In this document: piece by piece, positions 26,414-33,721 of the stretch | Layout: every line of letters starts with the position of its first letter | How positions within the stretch are numbered: the first letter of the stretch is position 1 | From: an uncultured Clostridium sp. | GTDB taxonomy: Bacteria > Bacillota > Clostridia > TANB77 > CAG-465 | Reading direction: 5' to 3' | Assembly: GCA_964617175.1 (NCBI GenBank) | Contig: CAZTVT010000002.1 | Coordinates: forward strand, 1-37,157 | Length of the DNA stretch: 37,157 bases | The notes under the pieces: model-generated | Databases searched by the model: none | Seen by the model: the letters and a program-made list of their open reading frames with translations, nothing else | Told to the model about the DNA's origin: nothing | Program-made: the position numbers and the translations under genes

Positions 26414-26655
26414 GATATCACTTCTCCTTCAAATATTTCGTTTATTACTTCTATTTCCTCATCTGTAAAATTATCATGTAGTAATGTACTAAATTGTTTT
26501 TTTAAATCATTTTTACATACATCGCACATTTTTTCATCTATATCAATTTTTCTACCACATTCACATTCTTTTTTATCCTCTTCACCATAATCGTCAAATC
26601 TATCTCTAAACTTTAATGCGTAATGTTGTTGTACTATTGTATCTACATTAAACAT
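26410..26655 (-). CDS. Small zinc-ribbon protein
   Basis: CECGRKIDIDEKMCDVC. ATG at 26655 is preceded by GGAGGT, so the ORF-track start is probably too far upstream. Confidence 0.5.
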   Translation of the reverse strand: MFNVDTIVQQHYALKFRDRFDDYGEEDKKECECGRKIDIDEKMCDVCKNDLKKQFSTLLHDNFTDEEIEVINEIFEGEVIS

Positions 26656-27199
26656 TGCTTGTACCTCCAATTTGTTTAACTTCAAAATTATTAACAAGTT
26701 TTTGTATCATTTCGTTATAAGTTTTTGGTAACATCATATTTTCTTTTTCTCGTTTTTTATAATTTTCTGCATATTTTAAAAATCTTGGTTGTATATTATT
26801 TATTATTTCTTGCCTTTCCATTACACCATAACTTCTTAAATTATCTACATTACCAAAAAATCTTTTACATATATCAGAATACTTATCAAATTCTTCTTTT
26901 TGCATATAATTTGCATTACACATCATTTTAAATGCCTCTTGCCAATAATCTATATTACTTTCTTGTTTTGTAGTTATTTTTAATATTTCTTTTTTTACAT
27001 CTGCAATTGTTGGAGGAAATTCAAAATGAGTTATTAATCTTTTAACTGCAATAGTTAATATTCTAATATCTGTATCAATAAACATTTCTTTCCATAAAGC
27101 AATTGTTTCTTCTGCTTCGCTTTTTGTCATGTTAGCATAAAATCTAGGATAAGCTGTTTTTAATATACCTAGTATTGCAATTATATTATCTCTACTCAA
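26648..27199 (-). CDS. G39P-like replicative helicase loader/inhibitor family protein
   Basis: IAILGILKTAYPRFYANMTKSEAEETIALWKEMF...FEFPPTIADV resembles the SPP1 G39P N-terminal domain. Confidence 0.6.
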   Translation of the reverse strand: MSRDNIIAILGILKTAYPRFYANMTKSEAEETIALWKEMFIDTDIRILTIAVKRLITHFEFPPTIADVKKEILKITTKQESNIDYWQEAFKMMCNANYMQKEEFDKYSDICKRFFGNVDNLRSYGVMERQEIINNIQPRFLKYAENYKKREKENMMLPKTYNEMIQKLVNNFEVKQIGGTSNV

Positions 27200-27870
27200 T
27201 TCATTTTCCCCTCTTCTCTTAAAATATCAAAAAATACATTTCCACCTTTAAGTTGCCTGTAACCATTTTCTTTTTTTCTTCTTTCCCAAGTTCTCACACA
27301 AGCTTTCCAATCTTTCATGTTGTTTTTGCCAACTTTCCAGTCTTTGCTTTCGTAGAAATCGAAAAACATATCTGCATCTACGTCGTTTTTTCTTTCGATA
27401 CAGTATTGTTTTATCTCCTCTTTGGTCGGCTTTATGAATTTTTCTTTTTTTATATTTTTTTCTTTATTCTCATCTATATTATTAATATCTTTGTTATAAT
27501 CTATATTATTATCCTTTAACTTTTGTTGGATAGGGTCTTTAACTTTTGTTATATACCCCTCATTAACATTTGTTGGATAGGGTGGTCTACAAATGTTTAA
27601 TACCCTATTTAATATTTGTTTAGTACCCTCTTTGTAAATTATTTTGCTACTAAGATATCCTTTTTCTATTAAATTATTTAGTACAATACTAACTCTTGTT
27701 TTAGATATTCCAAAAAAATCAGCTAAGTATTTATTTGTAGCAAAACATCCACTTTCGTTATCTAAGCTATCTATTTCAACTAACATTATTTTTTCTTGCA
27801 TAGTTAATTCTTGTGATAACCATATCTCCTTTGGTATCCATATACCTTTAAAAGCTCTTTCTTGCTCCAC
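27196..27870 (-). CDS. Replication initiator / replisome organiser (N-terminal wHTH)
   Basis: 224 aa. The N-terminus is IWIPKEIWLSQELTMQEKIMLVEIDSL...FGISKTRVSIVLNNLIEKGYL. The C-terminal motif FYESKDWKVGKNNMKDWKACVRTWERR is typical of phage replication proteins. GTG start after AAGGGGG. Confidence 0.6.
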   Translation of the reverse strand: MEQERAFKGIWIPKEIWLSQELTMQEKIMLVEIDSLDNESGCFATNKYLADFFGISKTRVSIVLNNLIEKGYLSSKIIYKEGTKQILNRVLNICRPPYPTNVNEGYITKVKDPIQQKLKDNNIDYNKDINNIDENKEKNIKKEKFIKPTKEEIKQYCIERKNDVDADMFFDFYESKDWKVGKNNMKDWKACVRTWERRKKENGYRQLKGGNVFFDILREEGKMN

Positions 27871-27930
27871 ATCTCAACCCCCTTGACATATGTGATATAA
27901 TATAAATATAAGTATTTTTCAAATTGGTAT

Positions 27931-28143
27931 TTATATGTTAGAAGCTGTTTTACTTTCCACTGTAGTAGCTTCTAATTTTTGTTTTAAGATATATACTTCA
28001 TCTTTATATTTAAATAATTCATCTGCTAAAAATTTTTCGTATTTTCTTGATGCTTTTATATGTTCTTGTAGTTTTAAATTTTCTTCTATTAACATTTTCT
28101 TTTCTTTGTGTAATTTAGCTTTACTCTTTAAATAATCAAACAT
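27931..28143 (-). CDS. Hypothetical coiled-coil protein
   Basis: 70-aa ORF with an 8-nt overlap with the upstream gene. Confidence 0.45.
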   Translation of the reverse strand: MFDYLKSKAKLHKEKKMLIEENLKLQEHIKASRKYEKFLADELFKYKDEVYILKQKLEATTVESKTASNI

Positions 28144-28420
28144 TACTTTTCACCTCTTCCTTTACTAATCTATATACTGTAATTTCTCTATTTGTAATGT
28201 AATCGTAAGTTTTACCTATTTCTTCTATTTTTCCTTTATCTTTTAATTCTGTACACCTTGGTGCTATATAATTTCTTTCATTAAAATTTAAATTATTCAT
28301 CAATTCCCTAACAGATAAACCTTTAGGATAAACTTTATCTAATTCATTTATTATTTGAGAATATCTTATTTTTCTTTTCACTTTTAAATTACTATCTGCT
28401 CTTGTTTCCTTAGTTATCAT
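28136..28420 (-). CDS. Small winged-helix-like DNA-binding protein (hypothetical)
   Basis: 94-aa ORF with LSVRELMNNLNFNERNYIAPRCTELKDKGKIEE. Confidence 0.45.
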   Translation of the reverse strand: MITKETRADSNLKVKRKIRYSQIINELDKVYPKGLSVRELMNNLNFNERNYIAPRCTELKDKGKIEEIGKTYDYITNREITVYRLVKEEVKSNV

Positions 28421-28428
28421 ATAATCCC

Positions 28429-28626
28429 CTACCCCTCTAATACAAATTTTTCTATTTCATTGTAAATACTGTAACCTTTACCAAATATCTTTTTTGTAAT
28501 CTGATATATTACAGTTTGTACTATTCCAGCAAATGTAAAAGCAATTGCTACTGCTCTTATACTTGCTATTAGTATTGCAAATATTAATTCTCTGTTACTT
28601 ATTAGATAATTGTACATATATATCAC
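28429..28626 (-). CDS. Small membrane protein
   Basis: 65-aa ORF with a central TM helix. Confidence 0.45.
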   Translation of the reverse strand: MIYMYNYLISNRELIFAILIASIRAVAIAFTFAGIVQTVIYQITKKIFGKGYSIYNEIEKFVLEG

Positions 28627-28652
28627 CTCCTTAAACTTGTCCTATTTTTTTA

Positions 28653-28784
28653 TTATTCTTTTGTTTCACTTTCTGAATATTTATTATAAATTTCTATTAA
28701 CATATTTCCTAAGTTTTTATATACTATTTCTTCTTGTTCCTTTGTTAACTTAGGATGTACTTCTTTTATATTATCTTTCCACAT
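28653..28784 (-). CDS. Possible 43-aa acidic protein (below the ORF-track cutoff)
   Basis: AAAGGTGA lies 5 nt before the ATG at 28784. Peptide MWKDNIKEVHPKLTKEQEEIVYKNLGNMLIEIYNKYSESETKE. Confidence 0.45.
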   Translation of the reverse strand: MWKDNIKEVHPKLTKEQEEIVYKNLGNMLIEIYNKYSESETKE

Positions 28785-28907
28785 TTTTATCACCTTTTTA
28801 ATTATATTTATCTATACTTGTACTTTTTACTAATTTGTTATCCACACTCTCCACCTACTTTGCTTTAGTGTCAGTACGCTTTTTTCGTTTTTTCTTTTTT
28901 ATTATTA

Positions 28908-28936
28908 TTTACAAATATCATTCAGAATGGTATAAT
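28908..28936 (+). promoter_or_regulatory. Plus-strand promoter inside the ORF-free early-region gap
   Basis: TTTACA (28908-28913), 17-nt spacer, TATAAT (28931-28936), with a TGG extended -10. Confidence 0.55.
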
Positions 28937-28942
28937 TGTATT

Positions 28943-29337
28943 GACTTAATACCCTATGAGGTATTGTCGAAAGGATGTGATTATTTTGACAAAACTTTTG
29001 ACTTTACCCTGCTTCTTAAAGATTAGTGATTTATATGGTGGTAGAACTATATAAATCAGCTGGATAGCTTAAAATCTAAAATTCTAACTGCTATGGGGTA
29101 ACTTATTACTTATTTATTTGCAGAACTACAACTGCATAAGTGTTAGAGCTTTCATAGAATTTACGAGTGCTAGTTGTAATATTAGTTGAATATGTATGGG
29201 CATACTGATGACATGGAATGTCGTAAAATAAACGTACTGTATGAATGTATGGGCTATATACTAATTGCAAAAGTTTAAGATATACAAATTGTAGAGAAAT
29301 ACTAATCATACTAGCACTATGGTTAGTATTTTCTATT
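28943..29337 (+). ncRNA. Candidate ~0.4-kb non-coding transcript antisense to the early operon
   Basis: Starts at the promoter above and has no SD-led ORF. It contains hairpins at 28948-28965 and 29027-29058. It ends at a 10-bp hairpin (29298-29330) followed by a U-rich tract. Confidence 0.35.
29027..29058 (+). repeat. Fourth UGGUAGAA-loop hairpin (12-bp stem)
   Basis: UGAUUUAUAUGG[UGGUAGAA]CUAUAUAAAUCA. The G.U pair forms only in the plus sense. Confidence 0.8.
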
Positions 29338-29518
29338 GCCATATATCTGTAACTCTAACACCCAAATATTTTGCTAATTCGTATGCTTTTTTTAAATTAG
29401 GTATATTTTTATTGTTTTCCCACTCTGATATAGTTGTTTGCCCTATATTAAGTTCTTTTGCTATATTATTTTGTGATATTTGTTTTGTTTTTCTAATCTC
29501 TTTTAATTTACATATCAT
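29333..29518 (-). CDS. XRE-family HTH protein (second Cro-side regulator)
   Basis: 61 aa with QISQNNIAKELNIGQTTISEWENNKNIPNLKKAYELAKYLGV, a classic HTH_3 pattern. Confidence 0.8.
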   Translation of the reverse strand: MICKLKEIRKTKQISQNNIAKELNIGQTTISEWENNKNIPNLKKAYELAKYLGVRVTDIWQ

Positions 29519-29553
29519 CTACTCACCTCTTTTCTATATTTGATAATTCACTT

Positions 29554-29751
29554 TTAGTGTTGTGAAATATCAAAAAAAATATTAGTATCAAATTGAGGGA
29601 ATTGTATTTTTAGTTTCTTTATAAAATTAGAACTAGGTACTCTTATTCCCATCTCAATTTTTTCATAAAATGATTTTGAAACACCTATTTTTTCAGACAT
29701 TTCATTAATTGTAAGCCCAATTGATATTCTAAAATCTTTTAATTCTTTCAA
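29554..29751 (-). CDS. XRE-family HTH protein (Cro-like)
   Basis: 65 aa with LTINEMSEKIGVSKSFYEKIEMGIRVPS. TTG start after GGGGGTGG. It is the first gene of the rightward-to-leftward early operon. Confidence 0.75.
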   Translation of the reverse strand: MKELKDFRISIGLTINEMSEKIGVSKSFYEKIEMGIRVPSSNFIKKLKIQFPQFDTNIFFDISQH

Positions 29752-29767
29752 AATGCCACCCCCTTAT

Positions 29768-29891
29768 TTCACTCTCTGTGAATTTTATATTCATATTATA
29801 CACTTCACTATTTGTGTTGTCAATACTTTTTTATAAACTTTTTTCACTTTGAGTGAATTATGTTGACTTATATCACAAATAGTGTTATTAT
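29768..29891. promoter_or_regulatory. Genetic switch: two divergent sigma-A promoters and four TTCAC-N5-GTGAA-type operators
   Basis: O1 29768-29782 TTCACTCTCTGTGAA; O2 29804-29818 TTCACTATTTGTGTT; O3 29843-29857 TTCACTTTGAGTGAA; O4 29872-29886 ATCACAAATAGTGTT. Minus promoter: TTGACA (29823-29818), 17 nt, TATAAT (29800-29795). Plus promoter: TTGACT (29863-29868), 17 nt, TATTAT (29886-29891). Confidence 0.7.
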
Positions 29892-29936
29892 ATAAGTAAA
29901 TAAAATTTTTAATTTTTTTGAAAGGAATTAAATATT

Positions 29937-30302
29937 ATGAGTTTTGGTGAAAGATTAAAATATTTAAGAGAAAGAGATAAAATGTATCAATCAGAATTGG
30001 CTGAAAAATTAAATTTAGCACCTAGTTCAATAAGTATGTATGAGCGTGGCGATAGAGATCCTGATACTTCTACCTTATCAAAAATTGCCGAGATTTTTAA
30101 CGTGACTACAGATTACCTACTAGGACGTACTGATGAAACTAATACTGTAAAAGAAATAGACAAAAAATTAAAAGAAAATAATTTACATATTGCAGCTAAT
30201 TCTAAAGTAGACTTAGGTAAATTAGCAAAACTAGATGATAAACAAGCTAAGATTATAAATAACTTAATTGATGACTTTTTAGAGGATGAGGATGATTTGT
30301 GA
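29937..30302 (+). CDS. XRE-family repressor (CI/ImmR-like)
   Basis: 121 aa with an N-terminal HTH_3 (ERLKYLRERDKMYQSELAEKLNLAPSSISMYERGDRDPD...DYLLGRTDE). It is divergent from the Cro-like genes. Confidence 0.85.
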   Translation: MSFGERLKYLRERDKMYQSELAEKLNLAPSSISMYERGDRDPDTSTLSKIAEIFNVTTDYLLGRTDETNTVKEIDKKLKENNLHIAANSKVDLGKLAKLDDKQAKIINNLIDDFLEDEDDL

Positions 30303-30748
30303 TGGAAGATGAAAAACTAACAACGAAAGAAGCTTTAGAACTAATCGATTTGCTAAAAAATATATGTGAGAAAGAAAACTTAGTACTTCCTAATCACGGT
30401 CAAAAATCAGAGTTTTATGTTGAAGCTGATGAAAACAAAAAGCAATTCATTGTTAATATAAACCATTGCAATCGAAATATTAACAAATATACTTTTCAAA
30501 GTAGAACTGCTTTAAATCATATCCCTTTACTTAGGTTAGATATAAACCCTAACGGAGTTCACATGAACCCTGATGGTAAAAAAATATACGGAACACACTT
30601 GCATATATATAATCAAGATTTTGGATTAGATGAAGCTATAAAGTTTGATATCAATGAACCAAATTTATACAATCATTGCTTAGCTTTTTTCAAAAAATTC
30701 AACATTTTGCATAACAATTGTGATATAATATATCAAGAAGAGTTTTAA
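30302..30748 (+). CDS. Unknown 148-aa protein translationally coupled to the repressor (His-rich motif HMNPDG...GTHLHIY)
   Basis: The ATG overlaps the repressor TGA (TGATG); a GTG at 30299 is an alternative start. I faintly recall a similar uncharacterised family paired with XRE genes, but this is unverified. Confidence 0.7.
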   Translation: MEDEKLTTKEALELIDLLKNICEKENLVLPNHGQKSEFYVEADENKKQFIVNINHCNRNINKYTFQSRTALNHIPLLRLDINPNGVHMNPDGKKIYGTHLHIYNQDFGLDEAIKFDINEPNLYNHCLAFFKKFNILHNNCDIIYQEEF

Positions 30749-30760
30749 GGAGGTTTTTTC

Positions 30761-31531
30761 ATGGAAGTTTTAAATGCAGTTCAATTAAAAAAATATTACG
30801 TTGACTGGTTAAATGAAGAAATAAAATTAAATAAACTTAATAATAATTACATTGAAATTACAAGTCCACTTCTAGATATAAACAATGACTATCAACAAGT
30901 ATATGTTAATATTTCAAATCCAAACGAACTTTGTATATCTGATGATGGTTATACAATTAATAACTTATATATGCTTGGTATTGATATAAAAACAGGAAAA
31001 AGAAAAGAATTATTAAATCAAATATTAAAAAAATTTGGTGTGCATTTCGTTAACAATGAAATTTTAGTATATTGCAATTCACATGATTTCGCACAAAAAC
31101 TATTTTTACTTTCACAAGCTATGTCAAAAATAGAAGATATGTTTATGCTTTCAAAAAATAAAGTCGCATCATTTTTTCAAGAAGATGTAAAAAATTATTT
31201 AAATAAACATGAAATTTACTATAGCCAAGATGTAAACTTTGTAGGTAAATCAGGACTTCTTCATTCATACGACTTTTTGTTCCAAAAAACAAAAACTAAA
31301 CACGAAAGACTTTGCCAAACAATTAATAATCCAGATATGCAAAGCTTTAAAAATTGTGCATTCAGTTGGAATGATACCAAAGATAAAAGAGATAAAAATA
31401 GCGAGTTTATCGTTTTGTTAAATGATAAAAAAAGTATATCTCAAAACGTATTAAATGCGTTTAATAATTATGACATTAAAACAATATTATGGTCTCAAAT
31501 AGACAAAAACATTGATTTATTAACGGCTTAA
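30761..31531 (+). CDS. DUF1828/DUF1829-like two-domain protein (function unknown)
   Basis: 256 aa with a strong RBS (AAGGAGG). N-terminal pattern ITSPLLDINNDYQQVYV...ISDDGYTINNL. C-terminal pattern GKSGLLHSYDFLF...FSWNDTK. These match my memory of those Pfam domains. Confidence 0.65.
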   Translation: MEVLNAVQLKKYYVDWLNEEIKLNKLNNNYIEITSPLLDINNDYQQVYVNISNPNELCISDDGYTINNLYMLGIDIKTGKRKELLNQILKKFGVHFVNNEILVYCNSHDFAQKLFLLSQAMSKIEDMFMLSKNKVASFFQEDVKNYLNKHEIYYSQDVNFVGKSGLLHSYDFLFQKTKTKHERLCQTINNPDMQSFKNCAFSWNDTKDKRDKNSEFIVLLNDKKSISQNVLNAFNNYDIKTILWSQIDKNIDLLTA

Positions 31532-31626
31532 TAGTAGATATAAATTTTTATTAAAAATGAACCTAATATATAATTACAAAATAACCATAAATTATGTAAA
31601 AAAATTATCGGGCATTAGAAAATTAT

Positions 31627-31654
31627 TAGCGGTTCATTGCAACCGCTATTTTTT
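31627..31654 (+). terminator. Intrinsic terminator ending the repressor operon
   Basis: TAGCGGTT-CATTGC-AACCGCTA followed by T6. Confidence 0.8.
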
Positions 31655-31754
31655 ATACCAAAACAAATTTAACTAATGATAAAGCACTACAAAGTAAGTA
31701 GTGCTACTATATAATTTTCAAAAAGAACAAATGTTTTGTGATTAGGAGGTACAA

Positions 31755-32192
31755 ATGAAAAATTTAAATGACTTATATTCTTTAACTGAAAAAGAAAATA
31801 TAAAAGTTAAGAAAAAAGATTTTAAAGAATTTCAAGCAAATGGTTTATGTTTATATAACACAGATAAATGTAATATTTACTTAAATAAAAATATATCAAC
31901 AGAAACTGAAGAAAAATGTATACTTGCAGAAGAAATCGGTCACTATAAAACTGGAATAGATTTTAATTTATTAAGTACTAATAAAGAAAATGATAAAATT
32001 ACACGCTCTATAAATGAATTTAGAGCAAAAAAGTGGGCAGTTAATGAACTTATACCTTTTGAAACTTTTAAACGATTTTTAGGCTCAAATTACTCAAATT
32101 TCGAGGTAGCAAATGAAATAGGTGTAACTGAGGAAATGATAAACATGGCCTGTTTTATTTATGAGCCTATGTTATATGAAGAAAGGGGCTAA
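31755..32192 (+). CDS. ImmA/IrrE (DUF955)-like protein with non-canonical EEIGH in place of HExxH
   Basis: 145 aa with a strong RBS (AGGAGG). It contains CILAEEIGHYKTG and sits immediately upstream of the integrase, as in immR-immA-int modules. Confidence 0.6.
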   Translation: MKNLNDLYSLTEKENIKVKKKDFKEFQANGLCLYNTDKCNIYLNKNISTETEEKCILAEEIGHYKTGIDFNLLSTNKENDKITRSINEFRAKKWAVNELIPFETFKRFLGSNYSNFEVANEIGVTEEMINMACFIYEPMLYEERG

Positions 32193-32195
32193 AAA

Positions 32196-33713
32196 ATGGT
32201 TGCTTTATATGCAAGACAAAGTATAGATAAAAAAGATTCTATAAGTATAGAAACTCAATTAGAATATGGAAAAAATATCTGTAAATTAGAAAATCTAGAA
32301 TATAAAGAATACTTTGATAAAGGTTTTAGTGGAAGTAATTTAGATAGACCTAAATTTAAAGAGTTGCTAAAAGACATAGAAAGTGGTAAAATAAATAAAG
32401 TAGTTTGTTATAGATTAGATAGGATTAGTCGTAGCTTAGTTGATTTTTCTAATTTACTAGTATTATTCCAAAAATATAATGTTGAATTTGTATCTGCTAC
32501 TGAGCAATTTGATACAAGTACACCTATTGGCAGAGCTATGATTAATATTATAATGGTATTTGCACAACTAGAAAGAGAAACTATTCAACAACGTATAACA
32601 GATAACTATTATGCAAGGGCAAAAAATGGATCCTTTGCTGGAGGTAATATTCCTTTAGGATATACTAATAAAAAAATACTGATAAACAACAAGAAAGTTT
32701 CCGTTTTAGAACAAGACAGCGAACAAATACAATATGTTAAAGAAATATTTGAACTATATATTCAGAACAAAACAATAAGAAATATTGCAAGTTACTTTTC
32801 AAAAAAACTTAATAAATTAATTACAGATAAATATATTAGAAGGATTTTAATGAATCCTATATACGTAAAATCTGATGTTAAAATATATAACTATTTCAAA
32901 AATAAAGGTTATATAATACACAACAAAATAGATGAATTTGATGGTACACATGGTATTATAATATATGGAAAAGAAAAAGGTAAAAAAGGAAGAGTATATA
33001 CTGATATATCAGAACAACTTATTATACTTTCTAATAGCGAACCCATAATCGAATCCAACCAATTTTTATATGTACAGGAGAAATTAGATATGAATAAACT
33101 CAAAACTACAGCAAAAAAACAAGGAAAATATACATGGTTAACTGGCTTAATAAAATGCAAAGATTGCAATCATAGTATAGGAATTAAATTAACTAAAGGA
33201 TATAAATACCTATTATGTTCTAGACATAGATTATATAATGCATGTACAAATAAAACTTCATTTAAATTAGATGAAGTAGAAGATATAGTATATAATAACA
33301 TTTGCAATTACATAAAAGGTTTAGATTTAGAAAAAATAGAAAATAAAAAAGTAGATAATTCTTTATTACTTAACCTTAATACACTTAATATAGAAAAAAT
33401 TAAAGAACATGAAAAATTAAATAATATTATTGAAGCAATAGCAAATGGTGATAAATTAAGTGATATATTAAAAGATAAAGCTATTGAACTTGATAATAAT
33501 ATAAAAGAACTTGATAAAAAAATATTAAATATTCAAACAAAAATTGATAACAACAATTCTAATATAAATTTAGAATTATATAAAAAATCTATGGACTTAT
33601 TGCTAAATAAATTTAGCACTTTAACTATTGAAGATAAACAAAGTGTGATTAAAACTTTTGTTAGTGAAATTTTACTAAATAAAGATACATTAGAAATAAA
33701 ATATAACTTATAA
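32196..33713 (+). CDS. Large serine recombinase (prophage integrase)
   Basis: 505 aa with an N-terminal resolvase domain (VALYARQSIDKKDSISIETQ...YRLDRISRS), a recombinase domain, a Cys cluster (CKDCNH...CSRHRLYNAC) and a C-terminal coiled coil. Confidence 0.9.
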   Translation: MVALYARQSIDKKDSISIETQLEYGKNICKLENLEYKEYFDKGFSGSNLDRPKFKELLKDIESGKINKVVCYRLDRISRSLVDFSNLLVLFQKYNVEFVSATEQFDTSTPIGRAMINIIMVFAQLERETIQQRITDNYYARAKNGSFAGGNIPLGYTNKKILINNKKVSVLEQDSEQIQYVKEIFELYIQNKTIRNIASYFSKKLNKLITDKYIRRILMNPIYVKSDVKIYNYFKNKGYIIHNKIDEFDGTHGIIIYGKEKGKKGRVYTDISEQLIILSNSEPIIESNQFLYVQEKLDMNKLKTTAKKQGKYTWLTGLIKCKDCNHSIGIKLTKGYKYLLCSRHRLYNACTNKTSFKLDEVEDIVYNNICNYIKGLDLEKIENKKVDNSLLLNLNTLNIEKIKEHEKLNNIIEAIANGDKLSDILKDKAIELDNNIKELDKKILNIQTKIDNNNSNINLELYKKSMDLLLNKFSTLTIEDKQSVIKTFVSEILLNKDTLEIKYNL

Positions 33714-33721
33714 ACGTTGAT

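Noticed and set aside
26548-26555. A further occurrence of TTCTACCA, the complement of the UGGTAGAA loop.
   Set aside because: It lies inside a coding region (codons TGT GGT AGA AAA), and its flanks cannot pair. It is a chance match, not a fifth hairpin.
29050-29100. tRNA-like D-arm resemblance (TCAGCTGGATAGC; also GGTGGTAGAAC, similar to tRNA GGTAGAGC).
   Set aside because: No acceptor stem, anticodon arm or GTTCGAATC-type T-loop could be assembled around it. It is not a tRNA gene.
28835-29342. ORFs 28835-29026 (+) and 29106-29342 (-) in the early-region gap, and 29319-29543 (+).
   Set aside because: They lack convincing RBSs, and their amino-acid composition is unlike the Lys/Glu-rich proteins of this phage. 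They cross strong hairpins. 29319-29543 is antisense to the XRE gene. I treat the gap as non-coding.
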